64,000 nucleotides of DNA. It comes from Thermodesulfobacteriota bacterium (GTDB lineage Bacteria; Desulfobacterota; Desulfobacteria; Desulfobacterales; SURF-7). How positions within the stretch are numbered: position 1 is the stretch's first letter; each line of letters begins with the position of its first letter. The translations under genes and the position numbers were made by a program. The stretch covers positions 64,001 through 128,000 of the forward strand of contig JBMORA010000012.1 of assembly GCA_049320885.1 (NCBI GenBank), read 5' to 3'. Shown here piece after piece: positions 1-10,038 of the stretch. The notes beneath the pieces are model-generated. The model searched no databases, had not been told where the DNA came from, and worked only from the letters and a program-made list of their open reading frames with translations.

Positions 1-93
1 GGATGTGCTGCCGGATCAGAAAGTGAATACATACGGCGGTCTTGGTTTATCATACGCATTTTGATTCCGTCGATGGATGCGCTCCGATCCGTG

Positions 94-128
94 AAGCCGG
101 CAACCCGCTGGTTGCCGGCTTTCTTTTT
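94..128. terminator. Rho-independent terminator hairpin (AAGCCGGCAACC-cgct-GGTTGCCGGCTT plus T-tract)
   Basis: 12-bp perfect stem with a 4-nt loop and TCTTTTT on the + strand; lies just past the stop of the minus-strand radical SAM gene, so possibly bidirectional. Confidence 0.75.
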
Positions 129-167
129 CGTTCAGGATTCACTACAGGCCGCTTATTCGGGCATCGG

Positions 168-1916
168 TTACCGATGCAGCAAGGGGCGTTGCGGAATCAG
201 GCCGCCGGGGAGCGTCTGGGCTTTCGGCACCGGACGGGCCTTTTTGGCGGCATCCAGGAACCGGGCGGCGGTGTTTTTCTCATAAAAGCAATCCGGTTCC
301 ATTTGCCAGCCGGCCGCCAGGCGGTTTTCTTCCCTTCGCAGCTTGATATATGCGTAGATTCCAAACAGGGTCGCGGACAAACGGGTTTTCCAGCCGAATT
401 CCCGACCGATGTCCACAAGCAGCCGATCCATGCGCGCATAAAGTGTTTTGTCGCTGCGGTAGTACCGGCGCATGGCCCATACGGCACCAGCGTAGGTTCC
501 GCGGAGGGGCTGCACTTCCCGCCGGTAGCGCTCGCGGATTCGATGATCCGGATGATGTTTGTATGCCTGCCACCCGGTGAGGAGGGTACGGATCAGCCGG
601 CCGAGGCTTGGTCCATTGACGGTGAAATCCCGCTGGAACGCCTCCAGCAGATAGGCCTCTTCCTGTCCATCGCGGATGTGGGCGTGACGATAGCTGAACC
701 GGTATTGGCCATGGGCGTCCGCCGGAGGAAAAACGCTTTCATCCAACAAGTTGCCCTCTTTCTTATGGTGTTCATACAGCGGAGTCCCGGGATTGGGCGT
801 ATACAGCATGAACTGATGAAAATCGGTCCCGTGGTCCACGGCGTCCTCGATGACCTGGTGGATGTTGGCGGGGGTATGATCCTCTAGACCGATGATGGAG
901 GACCCAAGGACCCGGATCCCGTGGGATTGCAGGTCGGCCACCAGGTGGCGGGTGTCGATGTCCCTGAGTTTGCGGTATTGAGTGCTTTTGCCCTCGATGC
1001 CCATCCATACCCATCCGATACCTAATCCCACCAGCTGCTCCATGGTATACGACCGGAGCACCCGGGCGGAGCTGAAGACATTGAGCATCCAGCTTTTCCC
1101 ATGCAGCTCCATGAGTTCCAGCAGGCGGAGAGCCCTTTTGCGGTGGAGCAGGAAATTTTCGTCCAGGACAAAAAAGGATTTTACTCCCAGTTTTTTTTCC
1201 AGGTCGCCCATGACCTGGAAAAGTTCGTCGCCGGTTTCATAAAAATTGATGAATTTCCCTTTCCCGCCGAACAGGGCTGAAGTGGAGCAGAAATTACAAC
1301 CCACCGGACAGCCCACCGAGGGTATCAGAATGGCGGCGATTTCTCCCGGCTTTTCATTCAGGTCGATCCCCAGGATCCGGCTGCCGAAGGCGGAGTAGGC
1401 GATGGGCGGCCGGACCGGCAGATCGGTGCGCTGGCCCGTATACCGCCGGAACCATTTGACCCCGTCGCCTCTGACGATATGATCCGCGCTGATTTCTTCC
1501 GCGAGACCGGCCTTGTTGCTGATATGGCCGCCGATGACGATGACGGCGTCGGGCTGATGCTCGCGAATCAGTGCACACATTTTTTTGACTTTGCCCACAT
1601 TGGGGATGATGGCGCTGATGCCGATGACATCGTAGGAATGTTGTTTGAGTTCCTCCACAAAACGATCGAGGCTGGGAAAATCCAGCAGGGTGCAGGGGGC
1701 GTCCAGATTGGACTGAATCAGCAGCAATCCGAAGGAACGGTGAAACATGCGCAGGGAAAAAGCGCCCTGAACGCGGGTGACCTGATTCTGATACAGTTCC
1801 ATGGGATTGATGGCGCGGCTGCCGTAGGCGTCATCCCGGGCGAACGGCCCGAAGACGCTGGACAAGAGGATTCTGGCTTTTGCTCCCTTGGGATGGATGG
1901 GGTCGGTCTTGTTCAT
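168..1916 (-). CDS. B12-binding domain radical SAM protein
   Basis: CxxxCxxC (GCPVGCNFC); N-terminal cobalamin-binding-like segment (VIGISAI...VIVIGGH); PNPGTPLY motif; start moved to ATG 1916 (MNKTDP), preceded by CAGGAGA RBS. Confidence 0.85.
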   Translation of the reverse strand: MNKTDPIHPKGAKARILLSSVFGPFARDDAYGSRAINPMELYQNQVTRVQGAFSLRMFHRSFGLLLIQSNLDAPCTLLDFPSLDRFVEELKQHSYDVIGISAIIPNVGKVKKMCALIREHQPDAVIVIGGHISNKAGLAEEISADHIVRGDGVKWFRRYTGQRTDLPVRPPIAYSAFGSRILGIDLNEKPGEIAAILIPSVGCPVGCNFCSTSALFGGKGKFINFYETGDELFQVMGDLEKKLGVKSFFVLDENFLLHRKRALRLLELMELHGKSWMLNVFSSARVLRSYTMEQLVGLGIGWVWMGIEGKSTQYRKLRDIDTRHLVADLQSHGIRVLGSSIIGLEDHTPANIHQVIEDAVDHGTDFHQFMLYTPNPGTPLYEHHKKEGNLLDESVFPPADAHGQYRFSYRHAHIRDGQEEAYLLEAFQRDFTVNGPSLGRLIRTLLTGWQAYKHHPDHRIRERYRREVQPLRGTYAGAVWAMRRYYRSDKTLYARMDRLLVDIGREFGWKTRLSATLFGIYAYIKLRREENRLAAGWQMEPDCFYEKNTAARFLDAAKKARPVPKAQTLPGGLIPQRPLLHR

Positions 1917-2024
1917 TTTTTCTCCTGAATATGCATTATTTTTTACTATCGCCTGTACACTGTGAAAACTCATTGAGGCGTATAGTAAAGAAAACGGGGC
2001 ACAAACAACAGAGCCAATTGATTG

Positions 2025-2042
2025 TTTTACAAAAGTTTTACA
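2025..2042 (-). promoter_or_regulatory. 11-bp-period direct repeat TTTTACAAAAGTTTTACA (putative regulator box)
   Basis: Near-identical copy at 16439-16456 upstream of a second B12 radical SAM gene. Confidence 0.55.
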
Positions 2043-2169
2043 GAATGACCGCGCCGGGCGTTTCCGGTCCGCGCCCCGGGACGGACCTTCGGGCTCTTTA
2101 CAATCCCTTGCCATGTTTGCTACAAGAAGATCCGGGATCGAATGACCTTTCGGATAACGGTATGCCACC

Positions 2170-3051
2170 ATGTTGATAATCGACTCACGCCATGCGGGGA
2201 CCAATCTGCGCTTCCACACCTGCGACATCGACTGGCGCAAAACCATGAACTACGCCGCCGCGGTCCAGGATGACAATCCCCGTTATTTCGATGACGAAAG
2301 GCCGGGCGGCGTTATGGCTCCGCCCATGTTCTGCGTGGCCGTCACCTGGCCGATCCTCGGGAATATCACCGATTTCATCGAATCGGCGGAATTTCCCAAG
2401 GAACTGCTCCTGACCCAGGTCCATTATACCGAGCACCTGCGGTTTTACCGGTTGTTGAGGCCCGGAGACCGCGTGACCATCCGTGGGCGCATCGCCGCCA
2501 TTCTGCCCCATCGCGCCGGGACGCATATCGTCATCCGGCTGGATGCTTTCGATGCGTCCGGCGCCGCGGTTTTCACCGAACACACCGGAGCCCTGCTCCG
2601 GGGGGTCACCTGCGGGGATGAGGGCGAAGGGAGAGACCTCCTTCCCGTGACGCCCCGGAAGGAGGTTCCCGAAAAACCGGTCTGGGAAGCGGCGGTCGAT
2701 ATCGATCCGTTCAGGCCTTTTGTGTATGACGGCTGCTCCGATATCGTTTTCCCCATTCATACCTCCCGGAATTTCGCCCGGCGGGTGGGATTGCCCGGTA
2801 TCCTCCTGCAAGGAACCGCCACCATGGCCTATGCGGCCCGTGAAATCGTCGATCGGGAAGCAGCCGGAGATCCGGAGCGGCTGCGGATTCTTGCCGGGAA
2901 ATTCACCGGCATGGTTTCTCCGGGAACCCGAATCCGCATTCAGGTTCTGGAAAGGCGGAGCACGGCAGTGGAAATGGAAGTTTTTTTTCAGGTAATGGGC
3001 GCCGACAACCGGCCGGCGATCAGCCGGGGGTATGCGTTGGTATCGTCGTGA
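2170..3051 (+). CDS. MaoC-family double hot-dog dehydratase/hydratase
   Basis: N-terminal YAAAVQDDNP..APPMF and C-terminal SDIVFPIH...ARRVGLPGILLQG motifs of MaoC/MFE-2 hydratases. Confidence 0.8.
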   Translation: MLIIDSRHAGTNLRFHTCDIDWRKTMNYAAAVQDDNPRYFDDERPGGVMAPPMFCVAVTWPILGNITDFIESAEFPKELLLTQVHYTEHLRFYRLLRPGDRVTIRGRIAAILPHRAGTHIVIRLDAFDASGAAVFTEHTGALLRGVTCGDEGEGRDLLPVTPRKEVPEKPVWEAAVDIDPFRPFVYDGCSDIVFPIHTSRNFARRVGLPGILLQGTATMAYAAREIVDREAAGDPERLRILAGKFTGMVSPGTRIRIQVLERRSTAVEMEVFFQVMGADNRPAISRGYALVSS

Positions 3052-3123
3052 CCGGGGACGGACCGGATGGCGTCATTGTCGGCATTATGATTATCACATT
3101 GAACGGAAAGGAGAGGAAAACCC

Positions 3124-3843
3124 ATGCAATACAACCAGCATCACGAAGATTTTCCCGCCTTGACCCGACGGGGGTTTCTGGCGGTGTCGGCGAGCGCCGC
3201 CGCCATGATGGCCCTGGGGACGTTATCCTGCAAGGCCAATGCTTCCTCGCCGCAGGAATTGGCCTCCCTGCCGTACAAGCAGGATGCCCTTTCGCCCGTC
3301 ATTTCCACTGAAACCATTGGCTTCCATTACGGCAAGCACCACAAGGGTTATGTGGACAACCTCAACAAACTCATCGCCGGCACGGAATATGAAAACCTGC
3401 CGCTGGAAAAAGTCATTGCCGGCACCCACGGCCGGGAGGACCGGACGGCCATCTTCAACAACGCGGCCCAGGCATGGAATCATGCGTTTTACTGGCAAAG
3501 CCTCCATCCCCGGGGCGGGGGGGAGCCGCCGCCTGCGTTGAAACAGAAAATAACGTCGGATTTCGGCAGCATGGACGCCTGCCGGAAGGAGCTGGCCGAG
3601 GCTGCCGTGACCCAGTTCGGCAGCGGCTGGGCCTGGCTGGCGGTGGACTCCGGGAAGCTCAAGGTCATGAAGACCGCCAATGCCGACAATCCGCTGACCC
3701 GGGGCTGGAAACCCCTGTTGACCATCGATGTATGGGAACACGCCTACTATCTGGACTACCAGAACCGGCGTGCGGATTATGTCGCCGCCGTTATCGACAA
3801 GCTGATCAATTGGAATTTCGCGGCGGAAAACCTGGCCCGCTGA
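3124..3843 (+). CDS. sodB: Fe superoxide dismutase with twin-arginine (Tat) signal
   Basis: [23 protein letters not shown] and DVWEHAYY signature; AAQ and NADNP residues are Fe-type; LTRRGFL Tat motif. Confidence 0.92.
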   Translation: MQYNQHHEDFPALTRRGFLAVSASAAAMMALGTLSCKANASSPQELASLPYKQDALSPVISTETIGFHYGKHHKGYVDNLNKLIAGTEYENLPLEKVIAGTHGREDRTAIFNNAAQAWNHAFYWQSLHPRGGGEPPPALKQKITSDFGSMDACRKELAEAAVTQFGSGWAWLAVDSGKLKVMKTANADNPLTRGWKPLLTIDVWEHAYYLDYQNRRADYVAAVIDKLINWNFAAENLAR

Positions 3844-3905
3844 GCCCCGATCCGGTACTCGCCGGCCGGAACGCCGGCGCGTGCCGGAAGCAAAAAGAAT
3901 GGTGG

Positions 3906-4514
3906 ATGGTGACCGATAATTACGCAAAAATCACCCGGGAGAATCTTATCCGGTTATATGCGTCCCTGCCCGGTGATTTGGCGGAAAACCTGCCGGCCCG
4001 CAGGGAAGGGGACCGGTTTGTCTTCAACGCCTTCGGACACCCCTGCGCGATCTCGCCGGAAGGCGTCCATTTCGGCGGCGGGGACTTCCCGTCGGTCCTG
4101 GGAATCCTGGTATCCTTGTACGCCTTGAACGCCAGGCCCGACGGCTGTTTGGAACTCCCGTTCCGGGCGTTCAAGGAAATTCCGGACAGCCGGCCCTACG
4201 TGGGCGCCTTCAGCACCCATACGGAACAAGTCCTGGTTCCCCATGTGGCGGCCATCCGGAAAAACAGCGACCGCATCCGGGACGCCCTGAACGGCAGGGA
4301 GGCCGGTCCGGAGGTCGGCGGCGATTTCGCCTTGATCGTTTATCCGCTCCCGAAGATCGCGCTTTGTTATATCTTTTATATGGCGGACGAGGATTTTCCG
4401 GCCGGGGTGACCTGTCTGTATTCCGGCAATGCGCGTCTGTTCCTGCCCGTGGACGCGCTGGCGGATGTGGGGGAGTATACCTCCAAAAGAATGGTGGAAG
4501 TCATTCACTCGTGA
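3906..4514 (+). CDS. DUF3786-family protein
   Basis: PLPKIALCYIFYMADEDFPAGVTCLYSGNA..FLPVDALA pattern typical of DUF3786; start set at ATG 3906. Confidence 0.7.
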   Translation: MVTDNYAKITRENLIRLYASLPGDLAENLPARREGDRFVFNAFGHPCAISPEGVHFGGGDFPSVLGILVSLYALNARPDGCLELPFRAFKEIPDSRPYVGAFSTHTEQVLVPHVAAIRKNSDRIRDALNGREAGPEVGGDFALIVYPLPKIALCYIFYMADEDFPAGVTCLYSGNARLFLPVDALADVGEYTSKRMVEVIHS

Positions 4515-5716
4515 CGGAGCGCTTCGATGGGATCCAGTCGGGCCGCCTGGCGGGCCGGGAAATATCCGAAGACAACCCCCACGGCCGCGGAGAACAGAAA
4601 CGCGATCATGACAACGCCGGTATTCAGCACGAACGGGACATGCAGGGCCTTTGACCCCGCCGCCGCGGCGGCCAGTCCCAGCAGGATTCCCACAAGGCCG
4701 CCGAAACAGGACAGCACCACGGCTTCCACCAAAAATTGCAGGAGCACATCCTTTTCCAGGGCGCCGATGGCCAGCCGGATGCCGATTTCCCGGGTGCGCT
4801 CGGTCACCGACACCAGCATGATGTTCATGATGCCGATGCCCCCCACCAGCAGGCTGACGGCCGCCACCGCGCCTAGCAGGGTGGTCAAGATGCGGGTGGT
4901 GCCGGTCAGGGTGTTCAGGATCTCTTTCATGTCCCGGACGGTAAAGTCATCTTCCTTGCCCTTGATGATGCCGCGGCGTTCCCGCATCAACCGGATGATG
5001 TCCCGTTGCACTTTTTCCGTGGGGTAGCCGTCGACGGCCGAAATCAGGATGGCATTGACATCGGCGTTACCGGCCATGCGGCGGTGAAACATGCGGATGG
5101 GCACAAGAACCAGATCGTCCTGATCCATGCCGAAACTGTTTTCACCCTTGGATTCCAGTTCGCCGATCACCTGACAGGTGATGTTTTTCAAGCGAATGGC
5201 GGAGCCCACCGGATCCTGGGTGCCGAACAGCTTGTTGCGCACCGTGGTCCCGATGAGACAAACGCTTTTACCGGAGCGCAGTTCGCCGTTGGTGAACTGG
5301 CGGCCGGCGGACAACCGCCAGGCCCGGGTGAGCAGATAGTCGTTGGTGGTGCCGGTTACGCTGGTGGACCAGTTCTGACTGCCGTAAATGACTTGGGTCT
5401 GTTGGGCCGACGAAGGGGCCACGGCGGCGACTCCGACGATTTCACCGGCGATGGCCTTTGCGTCCTCCACCACGAATTCCGGGGCTGTGGAACGGACCCC
5501 TCCGGGTCCGTGAAAACCCTGTCCCGGCCTGACCTGCAGGAGGTTGCTGCCCAGCTTGGAAATCTCCGATGCCACCTGGACCGTGGCGCCGTTGCCGAGC
5601 GTCACCAGGGTGATGACGGCCGCCACGCCGATGACGATACCTAGAATGGTGAGGCATGAGCGCAGGACGTTGCGTTTAAGGGCTCGCTGGGCCAGCAGGA
5701 TCGTTTCCCAAAGCAT
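4505..5716 (-). CDS. MacB/FtsX-family ABC transporter permease
   Basis: RSCLTILGIVIGVAAVI, VGGIGIMNIMLVSVTERTREIGIRLAIGA, PARQAARLDPIEALRHE. Confidence 0.92.
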   Translation of the reverse strand: MLWETILLAQRALKRNVLRSCLTILGIVIGVAAVITLVTLGNGATVQVASEISKLGSNLLQVRPGQGFHGPGGVRSTAPEFVVEDAKAIAGEIVGVAAVAPSSAQQTQVIYGSQNWSTSVTGTTNDYLLTRAWRLSAGRQFTNGELRSGKSVCLIGTTVRNKLFGTQDPVGSAIRLKNITCQVIGELESKGENSFGMDQDDLVLVPIRMFHRRMAGNADVNAILISAVDGYPTEKVQRDIIRLMRERRGIIKGKEDDFTVRDMKEILNTLTGTTRILTTLLGAVAAVSLLVGGIGIMNIMLVSVTERTREIGIRLAIGALEKDVLLQFLVEAVVLSCFGGLVGILLGLAAAAAGSKALHVPFVLNTGVVMIAFLFSAAVGVVFGYFPARQAARLDPIEALRHE

Positions 5717-6442
5717 TCAGTTCCCCCTGTCATCCCGTTTGCAGCCGTCGATGAGGCCGTCCTTGAACAGGATTCGCCGTCCGGCGTAGACAGCCATGTC
5801 CGGCTCATGGGTGACCATGACAACGGTCATGTTTCGTTCCCGGTTTAACCGGGTCAGCAGATCCATGACTTCCCGGCTGCGTTCGGAGTCCAGATTGCCG
5901 GTGGGCTCGTCCGCGAGAATCACTTTCGGTTCGGTGACAATGGCCCGGGCGATGGCCACGCGTTGCTGCTGGCCGCCGGAAAGTTCTCCGGGCGTATGGC
6001 TCTCCCAGCCGGTAAGGCCGACGGAGGCCAGGGCCTGCAAGGCTTTTCTATGTCGCTCCGCCCGGGGGGTTTTCCGGTAGATCAGGGGCAGTTCCACGTT
6101 TTCCAGCGCGGAGGTGCGATTCAGCAGGTTGAAACCCTGGAAGACAAAACCGATGTAATGGCGTCGCAGTATGGCCCGCTGGTCCCGGGTCAGGCCGCCG
6201 ACATCAACGCCATCCAGGAAAAAATTCCCGCCGGTGGGCGTATCCAGACAACCGAGGATGTTCATGCAGGTGGATTTCCCGGAACCGCTGGGGCCCATCA
6301 CTGCGACAAACTCGCCCTGGCGGATGCTGAAATCGATTCCCCTTAGGGCATGCATGGCGGCGGAGCCCCTGCCGTATATCTTGGTTACGCCGCGCATGTG
6401 GATGATGGGCGGCGGCTCTGATTTCAGCGGATTCGGCGTCAT
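5717..6442 (-). CDS. MacB/LolD-type ABC ATP-binding protein
   Basis: Walker [18 protein letters not shown] signature, [13 protein letters not shown]. Confidence 0.93.
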   Translation of the reverse strand: MTPNPLKSEPPPIIHMRGVTKIYGRGSAAMHALRGIDFSIRQGEFVAVMGPSGSGKSTCMNILGCLDTPTGGNFFLDGVDVGGLTRDQRAILRRHYIGFVFQGFNLLNRTSALENVELPLIYRKTPRAERHRKALQALASVGLTGWESHTPGELSGGQQQRVAIARAIVTEPKVILADEPTGNLDSERSREVMDLLTRLNRERNMTVVMVTHEPDMAVYAGRRILFKDGLIDGCKRDDRGN

Positions 6443-7728
6443 GATTTCCGGGCTGTCGTGTCGACTACCAGCTGTGTGCCGACCTGTAGTTCTCCGTCCA
6501 ACACTTCCGTCCGGGTTCCGTCCGTCACCCCGACCTTGACCGGAATCGCCTGAAGGCGCCCGTCCCGCAAGGCCCAGACATGCTGTTGCTGTTTGTCCGC
6601 TGTCTTTTCATCCGGTTGTTTGACCTGATTGCCTCCCGGGCGACGGAAAATGGCGCCGACCAGACCTTTGCCGCTGCTTCCGGTTTCTTTCTGTTTTTCC
6701 GGCGGAATGAAACGCAGTGCGGCGTTGGACACCAGCAGGGCGTCTTCGAGCTTTCGAACGATGATGTCCGCGGTGGCGGTCATTCCCGGACGGAGGGAGA
6801 GGTCCGAATTGTCCACGTTCAGCAGGGTCTCATAGGTGACCACCCCGTTCAGGTTTTTGGAGCCGAAACGGACCTGGGTGATGGTGGCGGGAAAGGACCG
6901 GTGGGGATAGGCGTCCACCGTGAAAGTCGCCTCCTGCCCCTCTTTCACCTGGGATACATCCGCCTCATCCACGTCCACATGCAGAACCATCTGGGTCAGA
7001 TCCTCGGCCAGGGTGAAGAGGATGGGCGCTTGGAGCGACGCGGCCACCGTCTGACCCGGTTCCACGGTCCGGGTGAGAACGATGCCGTTGACGGGGGATC
7101 GGATGGCGGCCTTGTAAAGGTCCGTTTCATATGCTTCCAGTGTTGCCTGGGCCTGGTGGACGGCCGCGTCGGCGCCGGCTTTCTCCGCCAGGGAGCGGTC
7201 CAGGGAAGCCTGGGCCGCCTCCAGGTCGTTGATGGAAACGGCCCGGTTGTTGCTGAGGATGCGCGCTTCCCGGAGCCGCGACAGGGCGCTTCTGGTCTCC
7301 CGGATGGTGGCCTCGGCCTGCAGCACCATGGCCTGGGCCGATTCCAGCGCCGCGCCGGCCTGCAGAACCTGGGCCTGGAGTTTGGAGGTGTCCAGGGTGG
7401 CCAGCACCTGCCCGATTTTTACCTGATCATTATAGTCGACTTCGACGGTTTTGATGATTCCGGACAGTTCGCTGCCCACCGTCACCTGGTTGGTTGGCTG
7501 GAGATTGCCGGTGGCGGTCACCGTGATGGTCAGATTGCCGCGTTCCACGGGCTGGGTGCGATAGTTCCACTCTTCCCGCTTTTCACTGCCGATCCATTTC
7601 AACAGCATAGCGGCGACAGCCAGAATCATGAGACTGGAGACAATCCAGCGCACCCGACGGCCTTTTTTTCCGGTAATGGAATGGGAGGCCAGGATGGTCG
7701 CGATTTCGGGATGGGATTCCGTGTTCAT
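6439..7728 (-). CDS. MacA-type efflux periplasmic adaptor subunit
   Basis: N-terminal TM, ATGNLQP..VGSELSG, IRSPVNGIV, VDEADV, LRPGMTA; co-directional with the MacB-type ABC genes. Confidence 0.9.
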   Translation of the reverse strand: MNTESHPEIATILASHSITGKKGRRVRWIVSSLMILAVAAMLLKWIGSEKREEWNYRTQPVERGNLTITVTATGNLQPTNQVTVGSELSGIIKTVEVDYNDQVKIGQVLATLDTSKLQAQVLQAGAALESAQAMVLQAEATIRETRSALSRLREARILSNNRAVSINDLEAAQASLDRSLAEKAGADAAVHQAQATLEAYETDLYKAAIRSPVNGIVLTRTVEPGQTVAASLQAPILFTLAEDLTQMVLHVDVDEADVSQVKEGQEATFTVDAYPHRSFPATITQVRFGSKNLNGVVTYETLLNVDNSDLSLRPGMTATADIIVRKLEDALLVSNAALRFIPPEKQKETGSSGKGLVGAIFRRPGGNQVKQPDEKTADKQQQHVWALRDGRLQAIPVKVGVTDGTRTEVLDGELQVGTQLVVDTTARKS

Positions 7729-8010
7729 GATATTTCACTCGCGGATCAGCCGGGGTTGAATAGAAAAGGATTCCGAATTCATACGGCGACCATATGGCAA
7801 ACTCGCCGGGGTGTCAAGTCGGCGTCCGGTCTCCCTTGTTCCCTCGAAGGAAACCGGTTCCCGCTCTGGCCGGGATGACAAGCGGACGGATATTAAAATG
7901 CGAACGCTCGTTATATTTTGATTGACAAACAACGGCGTTGTGGGCTAATCGAACAGCAGCAGTTCCGCTGTACGTATGCCAATAACCATATGGGGAAGGA
8001 GCAGGTAGGC

Positions 8011-8775
8011 ATGAAGCTCGAATTCGGATTTGACGGAAAAATCGCTCTGGTAACCGGCGCCAGCCGGGGTATCGGCGAATCCATCGCCAGGACCCTGGCC
8101 GGTCACGGCGCCGAGGTGATCCTGAGCAGCCGCAAGGTGGAAGGATTGCGGGAAGTGGAGGAAAAAATCAAGTCGGAAGGCGGCAAGGCGGTTGCCATTG
8201 CCTGCCACAATGGCAAACTGGATGAAATCGAACGCCTGTTTTCGGAGATCCGGTCCCGCTATGGCCGCCTGGACATCCTGGTCAACAACGCCGCGACCAA
8301 TTTTTATTTCGGTGATGTACTCAATGCAACGGAGAGCGCCTGGGACAAAACCCTGGAGGTGAATTTAAAAGGATATTTCTTCATGAGCCAGCATGCGGCG
8401 AAACTGATGATGGAAAAAGGCGGCGGCTGTATCGTGAACGTGGCCTCCATCAACGCCGTCAAGCCGGCTCCCCTGCAGGGAATTTATTCCATCACCAAGG
8501 CCGGGGTGGTGGCCATGACCAAGTCCTTTGCCAAGGAACTGGCGCCGTTTCACATCCGGGTCAATGCCCTGCTGCCAGGCCTTACGGACACCAAGTTTTC
8601 CTCCGTGATGGTGAAAAACGAGGACATCATGGAAAAGGTGATTCTGCCCACCATTCCCATGCACCGGGCGGCCCAACCAGAGGAGATGGCCGGGGCGGTG
8701 CTCTATCTGGCAAGCGACGCGGCTTCCTTTACCACCGGCGCCACCCTGGTGGTGGACGGCGGCGCGCTGGCGTAA
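8011..8775 (+). CDS. Short-chain dehydrogenase/reductase (SDR)
   Basis: TGASRGIG, NNAA, YSITK catalytic motif, VVDGG C-terminus; start at ATG 8011. Confidence 0.92.
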   Translation: MKLEFGFDGKIALVTGASRGIGESIARTLAGHGAEVILSSRKVEGLREVEEKIKSEGGKAVAIACHNGKLDEIERLFSEIRSRYGRLDILVNNAATNFYFGDVLNATESAWDKTLEVNLKGYFFMSQHAAKLMMEKGGGCIVNVASINAVKPAPLQGIYSITKAGVVAMTKSFAKELAPFHIRVNALLPGLTDTKFSSVMVKNEDIMEKVILPTIPMHRAAQPEEMAGAVLYLASDAASFTTGATLVVDGGALA

Positions 8776-8851
8776 CCGAAACAGGCTCGATTCCACGCCG
8801 ATACCGCGACTGGACGGTCACATGTCGCGGGTAAACACTGTTGCCATGGGG

Positions 8852-9022
8852 TTATCCGCAGGTCGGAAAAGACCGCCCGGCGTTTTCGAGACCTTTTTCA
8901 GCCGGTTTGTCTTCGCCGGAAGTATGCTGACGAGTGGGGGTGCCGGTTTCGGGATTCTGGAACCGGGTGCAGATTTCCTTGGCGATGAGCCGCCAGATCG
9001 TGTTGGCTACCTGTTGATTCAT
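8852..9022 (-). CDS. Small hypothetical protein (56 aa)
   Basis: ATG with upstream GGAG RBS and a sigma54-like promoter at 9075-9091; no recognisable family. Confidence 0.4.
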   Translation of the reverse strand: MNQQVANTIWRLIAKEICTRFQNPETGTPTRQHTSGEDKPAEKGLENAGRSFPTCG

Positions 9023-9074
9023 CGGTCGCTCCAATCCAAAAAAGGGTCCTGTCAAATCCTTCCCCCCTGGCTTT

Positions 9075-9091
9075 TGCCAAAGCTGTGCCAA
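9075..9091 (-). promoter_or_regulatory. Sigma54-like promoter (TTGGCACAGCTTTGGCA)
   Basis: TGGCAC -24 element with GG-N10-GC spacing, oriented toward the 8852-9022 ORF. Confidence 0.55.
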
Positions 9092-9201
9092 TCCGGCCGT
9101 ATGGTTTTAACTGTATGATAAGATAGTAATAATCAACGGAAGATGCCGTTCCGGCAACCCCTGGCAAGCGGCACCTTTTTCCCTGACCGGGCAAGATGGT
9201 T

Positions 9202-10038
9202 CTATTCGAAAGGGTTTTTCCCCTGGCGGTGATAGAAGACCCGTTCCAGGGACTGGACAGCGCTGTCGAGCAGGAATCCGAGCAATCCGATGGAAATGAC
9301 CGTGGCCATGAGACGGTCATACTCGAGGGTGTCCCGGGCGTCATTGATGATATAGCCGAGGCCGCTGGTGACTCCCATGTATTCGGCCGGCACGAGGACG
9401 ATCCAGGCAACGCCGATGGAAAGCCGCAGACTGGTGAAAATATGGGGGACGGAGGCCGGCAACAGAATCCGGGTGATGAGCTGGAAGTTGTCGGCGCCCT
9501 GGTTACGGGCCATGTGAATCCATTGGGGATTGACATTCGCGACACCACTGACGGTGTTCAGCAGGATCGGCCAGACCGTCGCCATGGTCACCAGAAAAAT
9601 GATGGCGGAGTCGAACCGGAGGAAGACTAGCAAAGCGATGGGCATCCAGGCAAGGGGGCTGATCATGCGCAGGAACTGGACCGGGACGGCGGTGAGCAGA
9701 CGCAGACGGGAATAGAAACCGATGAGAAGACCGCCGGGAAGCCCGATCAGAAAGGCGTAACCGATGCCGGCTGTCACCCGCGTCAGACTGGCGCCGACGG
9801 AGTTCCAATAGACGGAGCTGAGGACCATTTTGGACAGGGCTTTCAACGTGGGAAGCGGCATGAATCCGTCGAACTGTTCATACTCCGGCATACGGAAGAT
9901 GATTTGGCCCATCAGGGCCCAGATCAGGACCAGGAGCGCCATGCCGGCCAGTTTCAGGGGCAGGCCGGGGAACCGGCGGACTTCCCCCCTGTTTGCTTTC
10001 GTCGGTTCGGTTTTTCCGTCCGTTTCCCGGAAATTCAT
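9202..10038 (-). CDS. NitT/TauT-family ABC transporter permease
   Basis: SLTRV..G, ISPLAWMP, EAA-like MARNQGA..ILLPASVP, AWIVLVPAE..SGLGY. Confidence 0.9.
   Translation of the reverse strand: MNFRETDGKTEPTKANRGEVRRFPGLPLKLAGMALLVLIWALMGQIIFRMPEYEQFDGFMPLPTLKALSKMVLSSVYWNSVGASLTRVTAGIGYAFLIGLPGGLLIGFYSRLRLLTAVPVQFLRMISPLAWMPIALLVFLRFDSAIIFLVTMATVWPILLNTVSGVANVNPQWIHMARNQGADNFQLITRILLPASVPHIFTSLRLSIGVAWIVLVPAEYMGVTSGLGYIINDARDTLEYDRLMATVISIGLLGFLLDSAVQSLERVFYHRQGKNPFE

Noticed and set aside
1917..2246. N-terminal 110-aa extension of the 692-aa ORF
   Set aside because: It overlaps the divergent MaoC gene and regulatory motifs; the RBS supports the start at 1916
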